A stretch of DNA of 64,000 bases, taken from NCBI GenBank assembly GCA_047495785.1, contig JBLDXI010000017.1, positions 930,001 to 994,000 of the forward strand. The letters are read 5' to 3'. Source of the stretch: Lepidodermella squamata. Its lineage: Eukaryota > Animalia > Gastrotricha. The notes beneath the pieces were generated by a model that made no database searches, was not told the origin of the DNA, and saw only the letters and a list, made by a program, of their open reading frames with translations. The translations under genes and the position numbers were made by a program. Each line of letters starts with the position of its first letter. Position 1 is the first letter of the stretch. Shown here piece by piece: positions 39,791 to 51,523 of the stretch.

Positions 39791-41321
39791 TATTTTTTCC
39801 TAATTTTTGGGTTTTCTTGGGCATGGTTAATTTTATCGGAAATCTGGATAAATAGCCATAAAACTATGCCCATTTTTTATGTAGAAGGCTTGAAGGTTAG
39901 AAGTAAAAGCTTGACATTTTTCAATGTCGCGAAACACCTCATTAAATTGATGCGCACTCTAATAAATGAACTACGCCCCCTGTGGATTTTTCTGGCCACC
40001 CTGTATTAGTAGAACGCGGAGAACTTGATTAAACAAAATTATTTAAAACGACACTATCTAATATTTCGCGGTTGATGCCAAGTATATAAGGAGACGGAGA
40101 AAACCTGGATAAATCTTAAGGTGGCGTCGTTCTCAATATCTCGAGAGCTGCATCCCGAAAGTGCACTCAAAAATGACAATAGAGAAGTGGTAACCCCATC
40201 AGAAAGGTTGCTTTGAGAGTCTTTCAAAGGCAAAAATAACGCAAAAATAACTACCTAAAAATGCCCTAGTTTTTTAGGATAATCTGGAGAATTTACGGGA
40301 GAAAATAGGCTTTGCAATGCTTATACCTAAAAAAACCATTTGCGGCTTTGAATTAATTGATATTTACCTTAAAAGAGCCGAGTCCAAAAGCGGTCTGTTG
40401 TTTCAGAAAACAAAATAGGTATTGCGCATCGGTCAAACGCAGTTTTTATCAACAATCATCATTCATTTTTCATCGAATCGCATCGCTTGCGAAATGTTAT
40501 ACAGATAGGTACGCCAGGAAATATATGTGGGTCATGATTTATTTTATACAAGAGATTATCATATTAAGCGAAAACATTTTGCGACGTAATAAGCGAAAAA
40601 ATAATAATAAATTATACTATATATAAGAGTGCATCGCGCTTCCTTTCGCTTGCGATCAAGCATTTCGGACACCCGGCCGCGCTTCTCTATATCATCCTAT
40701 CATAATCAATCATTGTTGTTCGATGCTGTTCATATAATACACAGTCGGACATCGTATTGGCTGTTTACTTTTTTGTCGATCGTATATAATTGCAGGAAAC
40801 AGCGTCAGATCGCACAACCGCCACAACTTCCCGGGACGATCCTACTATACTGTACTCTGGCTATTTTTTCTTTCAATGCAAATATTTGAATCAGCTGCAA
40901 TAATATAGCTCTTTGCATGTTAATGGGTCCCATTTTTCAACGCGTTAGGAATCGAGCCAAAAAATAATGCGGCAAATAAATATTTTTAAATATTATTCCT
41001 GGAACAAAGTAGACAAATATTTAAACTTTAGCTTCGAGCCTTTTATTCGAGCCATCAAACAATAAATTTCTTTCCCTCGAACACCACATCAAAAGTTTGA
41101 TAGAGAATGAGCGGAAAAATAAATGAAATTAAATGAGTACAAAAATGATAGAAAAAATATAAATAAACAGAAAAGACACCGCTCGCAGACGGAAAATATT
41201 TTATATATAGGTGACGTGTTATTCTGAATAAATTGAATTGATCGCTTCGCACACCTTTCGACTCGTTGATTCATGGTTGGGTTGAGTTGAGAATAGATTA
41301 TTTTTACAATATTGCATTAGA

Positions 41322-44300
41322 TCACCGCGCCGGGCCCTTGATTGTCGCGATGTCCGGCGATAGCATCAGTTCGTGAAGGTAGGGAACAACGAAGAAAAGC
41401 GCAATCGGAACGGTCACATTCCATATAAAATTTGCATACCTGAAATAAAAATTAAATAAATTATCAAGTTGGAATATATAATGTAAAATCCAGTTTTCCC
41501 GAAAAAATCGACATTTTGAAGAAAAATAACCAAGAATTACAACAAAAATGTGGAATTCTAATGCTATAAATGTTCAAGAAATAAAATTTTTTGAAGGTGT
41601 CTGAAAATTAGCACCAGCCACCAGCAATGAATCTTCCAGTTTTTTTCTATCTTGATCAATAAGTGCTTCAATTTTAATTACCTGACACCTTCAGGTACGT
41701 AAAAATTTCCAAATTTTAGCTTCCTATAGAAGCTTCCTATAAAAATCACAGATTCGTAAAATCGATACTTGGAATCGATATCATCTCTCCAGGTTGAAGT
41801 ATATCTCGAAAACTGACCGCTGATATAGCATAAAATATGCATATCAATGAGATCTATCGGGTCCTCAAAATCTCAGCCCCTGAAATGCTTCAGCTAATAT
41901 TTCGATCCGAAAAACGATATGCCCAGACGGCGAAAATGCAGGTGAACCGCAAGGTAAACGACGCCACTCGAAGCTAATTGCCGAAACCAATATGGCTGTA
42001 ACAAACGGCAACAAAATAACGCGCCCTCTACGTGAACTTGAAATTTAGGGTCCCCTACGAAGTAAAAGGCTTCAAAGAAAGTATGACGCAACAAATGGTG
42101 CGCACTCCAGACAAATGGCTTCAAAGCAATCCCACTAAAAAAGTACAATAAAGTATTTCGCAATGGTCAGCATGTTTTGGAATTAATGTTATTATTTGAC
42201 TCTGAAGCAATTCTTTTATTTTGCTTTGAGGTCATGGTGCTTTGAAGCTTTTGTTTTGAAGCCTTTTACTAAATTTTCCCTACTTTGTAGGGGACCCGAA
42301 ATTTACGTTCATCTGCCTGCTCTACCTGGCCTGGAAATGCCGGATTTGGCGAGGAGATTGCTCTCAAACCTATCAAAAGATTACTTCTCCGGCTAAATTT
42401 CCCACGTCACGCCATTGGGTATTCTGCGATTTCCAAAAAAAAATATCAACATTTTCAGAATTGTTTCCAGATGACTGCTATTGCATGGACGTGGAAAGCT
42501 TTTAATAACGGATGTTCAAATCTCTTCAAGCGCAGAAAAAGACGATCATCGAGGAATTGGAACATGCACGTGACTGACCAGCCTGGCCATCCTGACATCT
42601 CGAAACTATCAAAATTTGCCCACGATTTTCGCAGTCTTGTCCAAATTGAATATTATATATAAACTTTATAACATATTGTCCTCAATTTTCGTCACAAGGC
42701 CATGTGCAGTCCTTGAGATTCACATCTTTGCAATATATTTATCAGAAATTGGAACTCATTTTGTCAATAAGGATAATCTCACGCACGAGCTGGACTCCGA
42801 CAATATTTATGAAATCAGGTCGAATCTTAATTAAGCGGGTGCGACCTCAAGACCTAAATAATTAATGCCACTTTCGTCCTAACTACGTCCCAGTGGACGT
42901 CCTTCATCCTTCTTTATAGCTCAAGTATAAATAGAAGATGCGCATAATTCGATTTCGCAGTTGTAAGAATATCATCGCAAATCATGCCTTACAGACCTTG
43001 GTTTCAAAAGCTGGTGGAATGCTGCATCGAACTCGAGGTGCGATACAAAACGCGAAGCCTTTCAGCTCAACTCGCGAGAATTCGACTTCCAAACCGCAAA
43101 ATCAACCCGACCCATCACATTTGTTAATAAAAATGACACGTTCTTATTTCTGAAGAATTTTGGTTTCCAGAACTATAAAATAGGCCTTTGCATTTTTATT
43201 TTAGCTACCTGTTAGCCCAAGGTATGAAGGCTAATTTTCAATAGTGGCTTATCTGAATGCTGATATCGCAAAAATCACTGATTTGTGAAATCGATATCGG
43301 AAATTGATATCGATCTGGAGTCTGGAGGCTAATAATAGTGAGATCCATCGGTTAGGCACGATAATCAAAATCAAAGAGAGAAATCCATATTTTTGAGACA
43401 TTTGGAGCTAGAACCCTGGACTTGGAGCGTGCACTTGGGGTCTTTTTTTCTCGGAATTGTTCTGATTTTTTAAGGGTTTTTTTATCGTCTTGCAAATCAA
43501 ATTTTCGCCGATAAATAACTACGTTTCTAAATGTATTTTAAATTAGTTTTGTCACGCCTCGTAGCATAATAAATAAATCCATTGATGAGAATAAAAAATG
43601 AGATTTAAAGAGCAACTAGGACCTCGAAAAAACCATGAAATATTTTAGAAAAATTACCGTATTTACTTGAATAAAGGCCGCGGCGATTATTTTCCTAATT
43701 TTTCAGAAAAGGTAAAAAAACGCGGCGATTAATCGAGTGCGGTCTTTATTCGCGTGCGGCCTTTATTTTCCTCTCTTAGCCAAAAAACGATTTTTTTCAA
43801 ATGTAACTTGCCTATTTCGTTATTGTCACTCAATTTCGATTTCATCTTCTTCGTTTGGATCGGTCTCGGCGTCATTTTTCGCATTTTCAAAAAATATTTG
43901 AAAATTGAAAAAAATAATTAAACATTTTCACTTCTCGCGATGATGCTGTGCCGCGCGTGTTAGAGCTGCGCTGATTAATCGCGTGCGGCCTTTATTTCGA
44001 TTGTTTTTTTTTAAATAACACAATTTTGCGGCGATTATTCGCGTGCGGCATTAATTCGGAATGCGGCCTTTATTCAAGTAAATACGGTAAATGCTAGAGA
44101 CCTAAATTTCTAACATGTGTATGTTGAAAACACGAAAAAAAATTGAAATAATATTTGAAAAAATTGAATTTTTCCCTGGAACTTACATAATGCTCTTGTC
44201 CAAAGCAACGCAGTAAATAAGCCATCGGCGTTTCAAATCGTGCTCATCGTTAGAATGATGAAAGCTCATACTGCTACGCCTCGCCAATTCCTTACGCTTG

Positions 44301-47300
44301 TTACTCGGACTCGTATCCCCGCCATCCGTCTTGTTATTGTCATCCGCCACCGCAAGGCCACTCGGCCGCCGGTACCTGATGTGAACACCGGGCACGTCGT
44401 TACAGGTCATCGACTGCTCAACTTCGTCAAGTTGCGGCGGCGCTTTGTGGCCGTTGTGATTGTGATTGTGAGGCACGTGGTTTGATTTTTGAGTCGATTC
44501 GTTGCTGATTCGCGGCGCTCCGTTGCATTGATGGCTGTGTATAGCCGGCGTGGTTTCGTCGACCAGGCAACGCTGCGCTGACATGTACTGGAAGTTGTTA
44601 TCGCCGCAGTTGTTCGATGACGAGCCGCCAGTGCTCGAGCGACGGCTTGAATAGCCGTTAGCGTGATAGTTGGGAAATACTGAGTAGCCATCCTTTAGCA
44701 AAAAAATTAAAAATACAATTAACTCGAGCCATATTTTTCATCATTTTTTCATCAACGAAAATTCAGGTTGACGCATTTCATAGCAAGCAAAAATAACCGG
44801 AAAATGCGGAAAAATTGAAAAATTCCGTCATTTCGAAGAATTTAAAAATTTTGAATTAAATTAACCATTTTTATCGAAATTCGCTAATTTTTTCTAGCTG
44901 TTTAGAATGAGATTGAGCTACTACGCATTGGTACCAATTTTGCAAAGCCATCGATCAGTTAAATTTAGGACTGATAGCAATAGCATTTATTTCAAGAAAA
45001 GGCTCATTTGTCATTTCGAGAACGTGACTTCTGGGTCCGAATATTTGTACCATTTAAATTGAAATTTTTGCACTAAATTTTGCAAATTTTGCGACTTCTG
45101 TACTTGACCGATAACAATCCACCTTGTCACCCTGGGATTTCTTATTCTAGCTACATTGTACCCTCAAGTATGTAGAGAAATATAAATGTTTAGGTTCTAG
45201 GATGGTCAAAATCGGAAAAATCACTGATTTGTAAAATCGATACATGGAATCGATATCTGATCCGTAGGCTGAATTAAAGCTCGTAAACTGACCCCAATAG
45301 AGCGAAATACGCGTAATATCCATCGTTTAGGCCTAGTGATAAAAAACTGAGATCGAAGGGAAACTAGTTTCAAAGCCTCAAACTTAGCGTTGGAACCCTA
45401 TTTTCGGGTTGTCCATTTGCAAAATCCCGCAAATTTTTGAGCAAACATTCGAAAATATCGCAATCTTGCGGGTTCATGCTTTCAATTTTGAGGGCCAAAA
45501 TAAACTCGAGCGAAAAATATAACTGAACCAAATGGTATGAAATTGTTTTTCATGCAAAGAATTCAACCAAATTAATAAAACAGTTTAAATTGGAAAAATG
45601 ACAAAATCTGACGGGGTAATTATTCTTAATAAAACGTCAATTTGAAGACGCTTTTTCAATTTTCCAAAATTTCAAATTTGGCAAATGAATTTTGTTCGCG
45701 AGTTAAAAATTAAAAAACTTATTGGGTTAAAACATTAAAAACAAAAAGTAGGTAGGGAATGGGTAGGTTATTTTTTTAATTTGTACGGTGTTTGTATAGC
45801 TTTGAACGCTGCCAATGTTGTAACAATCGGCTAATTTCGCGGCAAATTCCGTCGAGGCGTTAATATCACCGCACGAGGCCACCGTCTCGAGCGTGGACGG
45901 GTCACTTACAATAGGCGAATTTCGAATCAGCATCTCGTAACACGTGCCGCTAACAGCACTGCCATTGCCAGCCAGCAACGCATGGGCCAGGTGGCTGGAC
46001 GACGACAGCGGGATACCACCATTCGGCACTGAATTTTGATGAATTTTAGAATTGTGATTCTTCGCGTAATTCGCCGGATCTACGGCTGTTGTAGTGCTAA
46101 ATGGACCGTGGCCGTTAGCCATGACTTTTTTAGAGTGGTCACAGTTGCGTTTGTCCTCGCAACACGGGGTGATAGGCATCTCCTCGGATGATGATTCTTG
46201 TTCACTCATCGATTGGTTGCTTCGATTCAGGTACAAATCGGACAGATCCCTCGCAATCGCCCGATGGCCTCCGTTCATTGCATGTGATTCCTGTTTTAAT
46301 TTCTTGATCTTCTTCGAATTTTTGTGGCACTTATCGCCATCGCCTGTTAGCGCGAGCAGGAATTGATGCCGGTCTTTTCGGTAATCTTTGAACTGCTTTT
46401 GCCGCGCGCGGCAACTTTTGCTAGGCTTAGGCGGCCAGACGATGCTGAAGAAGGCGATCATCATCTCGGAGAAACACGGCTCGGCATTTGGGTAGCGAAG
46501 GACGGTGTAGAGCATGACGAAAGTCACGAGCAGAGCGATAACTGTGACGGAAGAAAAACATTTTATTACAGATACTTTGAAAAATTCTCCTAAAAGCTTC
46601 GATTTTTTTTCGTTTTTTCGACAGTAAATTTCAAAATTTTAAACGGGAATTCTGAAGATTCGTTTCTCGAGTTTATTCTTAATTTCGAACAAATTGCAAC
46701 CCCATTAAAATTTGATTTTGAAATTGGTGCTTCATAGATAATATATAAAACAGAAAATATGGGATTAAATAAGACTTTTTCGGAACCAAATTGGAACCAA
46801 GCTTGGCGCCGAGCTAAAAATCCGCGAACCATTTTTTCTGTCATATTTGGAAAATAAGACTAAATCGGCGTATTATGAAATTATGAAAGGCAAGATTATT
46901 GCGCGTAAATCAATTGCATTCTGAATTATTGGAAATTCGAAAAGCTTCACAAAACAATCACCACTAAAAATGTTGTAGCGATTAATTCAGGTGCTACATT
47001 TTACTGTTTTAACTCGATATCAATTTTGTCCTTTCTTGGCTTTGATAATATGATGCACCCAATGATGCTAAGATTTTTTATTTTAGCTACGTAGTTAACC
47101 CCAGCCAAGTAGAAAACAGTTTCTTAGTCAGCTTCCAAGATTTCAGATATCCGAAAATCACTGATTTGTAGAATCGATAACACAAATCGATATCGGCTCA
47201 GCAGGGCTCAAGTATAACTCGATAACTGACCGTTCATAGCGCAAACTACGCGTAATAGAGAGATCTCTCCTTCAGTTATAATTCGAAATTGATGAGATTT

Positions 47301-49192
47301 CAAGTAAGAAATTCAACTCGAAAAACCATATTTTAGGGAAATCTCGCGCTGGAGCTGGTATCTTCATTTGAAAAAGTCAGTTTTGGACTTTCAAGATTTC
47401 CGCCCACCTTTATCGTTTTATGATATTTCAATGTCTTAACAGCTAATTACACTAAACTGCATATAGCAGCAGCCTTCATGTCATTGCACTACTTTCTTTA
47501 TGCAAGCTCAACAAATTTCACAAATTAAATTCAGATTCGCCTGAATTTTTCTATAATCTAGCGAGAGTAGAAAATCTGTATGTGGTACATGGTAAGTATA
47601 GCTCTGGGATAAGGACGAAATTTGAATAAGTAATTCATTTTCCATGCAGGAAGCAGGATGATGACTCACATTGCACCAGGGTGCAAAAGGTGTCAATTTA
47701 CAACACTCTATAAAATTGCTTGCGGTGGTCACCAGAATCTGCCCTGAGTTCACCCGAAAAAATCATTAAAAATCTTACCTAAATTAATGCTCATAATCGA
47801 CATGTAGACTTGAAGCAGCGACATGGTATCACTCGATTTCGGGATATGCGACGCTATGCCGGCATGTGTGACAGTTGTACCGATGAAAAGCGCCGTTAAC
47901 ATGGTCATACGGCCAGGGTGTTCAACCGGCAGCGTATGGCTCAGCGTCTGCAGCAGGGCGAGAAGCAGTTCAGGAAAGATGAAGTACATAAAGTAGAACG
48001 CCGGCTTGCGGCGAAGTGTAAACGTGAATGTGATCGATGAAAAGTTTTTCCCGTCGTAATCAACAACTTCAGGCTTAATTTCATAGCCTTTTATCGTCCA
48101 TTGGAAATTGACGTAGTACTCCTTAAGATCGACAGCTTCATCGCCGGGGTACAGGTGAATTTCTAGGTATTTTGTAGGATAGATCCAAGATTCGAATCTA
48201 ACCTCACAATGTTGCCAATCAAACTGTAGAAAAATTTGTTATAAAAATTCCGCCTTAATAATTTTTGAAAATTACTGGAAAATAGGTGATAACTAAATTG
48301 CATCGGGTTGCTAATCGACCGGATGGGAAATATCCAACTTCGCCTCGATAGTTCAGATCTAAATTGGTCAATTTTCGAGTCAAGGAGTGAGGCTCAGGAG
48401 AATTCACAATAGCCTGAAAAAAATTTGAAAAAATTAAAAAATAATCAATTTATTTTCATTAATTATTACGATATCAGGCAGCCAAATTTTATCGCTAGAA
48501 ATAGCCATCCACTATAGAAAAAATCGATTGATTAATCAATTTTTTTACGCCACTAGTCATTACTTACCGTGACGTTGTCGTAGAGGGTAGGATCCCATTT
48601 TAGGTACTCGTCGACCCACGACATTTTAACGCATGATGCCATTATCATAATTTGATCACGCTCGATTAAGTCTTCGATCATCATTACGCACATGCCAACT
48701 AAAAATAATAAAACATCGAAAAATAGGTCACATTTTGCAATGTAGGTCACCTTTTACTACAATCGGCTGTGAGTGATTTCTGACCGGGCGGACGTGTTTT
48801 AAATATCTCCGGCCTAACAGTCGTTGGTAAAGCGCCTGTTCGGCCGAATTTGCCACCAAATCGTTCTCATCGGCCTCCATCCAATGGCGCGATATGTCGC
48901 TTTTTCGAACGAATTTATTCCCGGCGACGCCAGAAATTGTCCCTGGTACTTGCCTGCGGGCGAGTGCCTCTCGCCTCCGTTGACTTTCGTAGTAATCCAC
49001 GGCCTCCTCGGCAGTGTCGAATGACAAATATTGCGCACTGCCGTAATTATTGGAGTCTCGATTCAACGTTGACGTGAAATCGTCCTCGCTATTTGCGATT
49101 TCGATCAGAAGCGATAAAGCGATGAGAATTTTGAATAAATTAAGGCGGCGCTTCTCTCCGCGATGCCTTTCTTCAAAGTATAACATAGCCAT
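41322..49192 (-). CDS. Cys-loop ligand-gated ion channel subunit 4 (same clade), 8 exons
   Basis: YLKHVRPV, CNLVITYFPFDWQHC, ESWIY, LPVEHPGR, DLKRRWLIYCVALDK, last exon YANFIWNVTVPIALFFVVPYL...PAR* ending 41322. Confidence 0.9.
42458..42577 (+). pseudogene. Decayed coding-like segment upstream of micropeptide copy 3
   Basis: ELFPDDCYCMDVESF**RMFKSLQAQKKTIIEELEHARD*, homologous to 33668-33787. Confidence 0.4.
42926..42933 (+). promoter_or_regulatory. TATA box of micropeptide copy 3
   Basis: TATAAATA with an Inr-like GCAGT about 30 nt downstream; spacing conserved with copy 2. Confidence 0.6.
42984..43127 (+). CDS. Nested antisense micropeptide copy 3 (47 aa, MPYRPWFQKLVECCIELEVRYKTRSLSAQLARIRLPNRKINPTHHIC)
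   Basis: TATAAATA 58 nt upstream, AATAAA overlapping the stop; synonymous differences to copy 2 (TAT/TAC, CCG/CCT, GAG/GAA); lies in last intron of channel 4. Confidence 0.72.
   Translation: MPYRPWFQKLVECCIELEVRYKTRSLSAQLARIRLPNRKINPTHHIC
43657..44087. mobile_element. Tc1/mariner-pogo-type MITE (431 bp)
   Basis: Perfect 25-bp TIR CCGTATTTACTTGAATAAAGGCCGC, TA on both flanks, internal GTGCGGCCTTTATT repeats. Confidence 0.88.
46960..47355 (+). repeat. Degenerate copy of the ~400-bp MITE-like family in an intron of channel 4
   Basis: CACCACTAAAA start, AAAATCACTGATTTGTAGAATCGATA core, AACTGACCG..AGCGCAAACTACGCGTAA, GCTGGAGC end. Confidence 0.6.
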
Positions 49193-51523
49193 TCTACATG
49201 GAAAAATCTGAAAATATCGGCATAAATGGTGGGAAAAAATGCGTGCCGGAAGTTGAAATATTAGAAAAATTTGGGCCAAAACAAATATTTGATATTAAAA
49301 AACATTGCACCGAAATTTCAATTAGTGCCAATAATTTAATGGTTTCTGGCCGTTACAAGGTTAAAATATCTATCAATTAAAAAAGTAACTGGATAAAAAA
49401 AGAGCGAACACCATTTATATAGGAAATTTCGATATTTCCACCTCGAATATGGAGGTGAAATAATGAGGCGATGTCGACAAAATTCGAGTAATTTCAAAGC
49501 GGCTAAAACTTGTTGACTAGGGTTCTTTCACGCTCGCGAGCCGGAAATGCACAACTTCGAGAAATTGACATCAGCGATCGATGCGATTTTTTTCAATTTG
49601 AAACCTCGCCCATGATACTTATTGTGCGTAAAATAGCCACGAATACGCGCAGTCCTGGGAGAGATTGGCGGGTGCGGAAAAAAACTGAGAAGTAAACAAA
49701 CACGCTGCTCATTCAACACAGACAAGCGAGAATCAAAGTGGGTAATATCTTGTTTCAAAATCAAAACAAAAAAACTCGCATCTGTTAGATGTCATTCATG
49801 AACAATAAACAATAGAGTTGGCTAGTTTTTCGCCGCGCTTTTTTCGCGCTTTTAAGACACTGAAAATATTCCTAAAATTTTCACACCTATAATGTACTAC
49901 GTTATAAAAATCGGCTATTCTAGAATTTAAGGCTTATACCAAAAAAATGGCAGCGAATTCCCGGCAGAATTATCGAGAATATAATCTGTCCATTTGACAC
50001 GAACGCGCACTTGAAAATCGCGAGAAATAGCCGGTCCTCGACAATTTTTCCACATGCGTGCGCTAATTAACAGCTCGCGCGAGAAAATCCAACGGGTATG
50101 AGAATTAATAAAAAACCAACTCGCGATTTTTTTTCACTCAGTAAATATCGCTGATTTAAAACGAGCGAAAAAATGATAATTGCGGGGTGGATATGTATGA
50201 AATAAAGGCGTAGCAAAAGTAAATTTGATTGAGTGTGGTATAGGCAAATGTCGCCTAGTCGAAGACAAATAGCGGTAGACAACGCCAACGAGTTGGCTTT
50301 ACGGCTTCGTCGTCGCAAAAAAATCGAGTGATAGAAGCAGTAGAAAAAGTGCGCACGCAAGTGCGAATTCGCATTATGCACTTCATCCCTTAATGCGTTA
50401 AGGTCGCTAAGACTTTATTATTTTGGCCGAAAATGCGGACAAAAATGATAAAATGCGAAAGGCAATGCGGTTTCAAATATGTAAATTTTTAGGCCAAAAA
50501 ATAGCCTTTTCTGTGACCAAAACGAGTAATAAAATAACAGACCAATTATAATTATTACGAGTGGGCATAAGAGGGGGCATATTGCCGTGTATTCGCTGCT
50601 GCAAAAACATGACTTTTATTACTAAACTCTTCAAACCTTGATCGTCAAGTTCCGGTTTACAAGAAAATTCTATTTAAGAATGAGAATTTTTCGCCGATAA
50701 AACGTTGATAAAAGGGGACGCAATCAATAGAGAAATCTAGTTCACAAACACTTGATAAAAAATTATTTTTTTAATAAATAATCCGTAATCCATGTGGAAA
50801 TTTTTCAAAAATCACGACCATGCCGTACCGATTTCCGACAGGTGCAGGCTTTCATCTTAATTAGATTCGCTTCGGTCAAAGACAAGATGAACGTACAGAA
50901 TTAGTCTAATAAATTTTTTGAAGAAAACACATTAATTTTGATTAGTCGGAGATTTTGAAATAATTTCGCACAGTTTTTCAAGATAAGCCATTTCACTCGT
51001 CATGGGTGAAAAACTTGAAAAAAAATTCATACTAAAATAAATTATCGTTTTTTTCAAGAAATCCGCACCCTGTAAAAAGAAGACAATAAAAGCGAGAGGT
51101 GTTGCTAATTAATTCCCAGTCATGCAATGCAGAAATAGAAAGCGCATACTTGACGCACTCGAAACCAGGGCGAAGTAATTCTAAGCCTACAAGTATCGAT
51201 TTTTCGCATATGTTAATGGGAAATACCGAACCCAATATACTATAACGCACGTCTGAAAATAATCACATTTAAATTTCTCCGGGGTTTTCTTCATGTCCCG
51301 AAATTTTCATCAAATCAAGTCAAATAATTAAGCATCTTAAAACTCCTAAAATTGAAAAAAATTATGCAGGTTCAAATTTTCAAAACCCTTTGTGCAATTG
51401 GAATCAAGCATTTTTTATTAAATATGTAACCGAAACATATAAACCGAGGGCATCTAAGCCAGTATTCAGTAATTGATAAGTAATCATTCGAAAATATTTA
51501 ATCAGATAATCAATTTTGTAACT

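Noticed and set aside
13549-49192. Calling the channels nAChR alpha subunits with specific gene symbols
   Set aside because: No vicinal loop C cysteines and ACh aromatic residues missing; orthology cannot be assigned by eye
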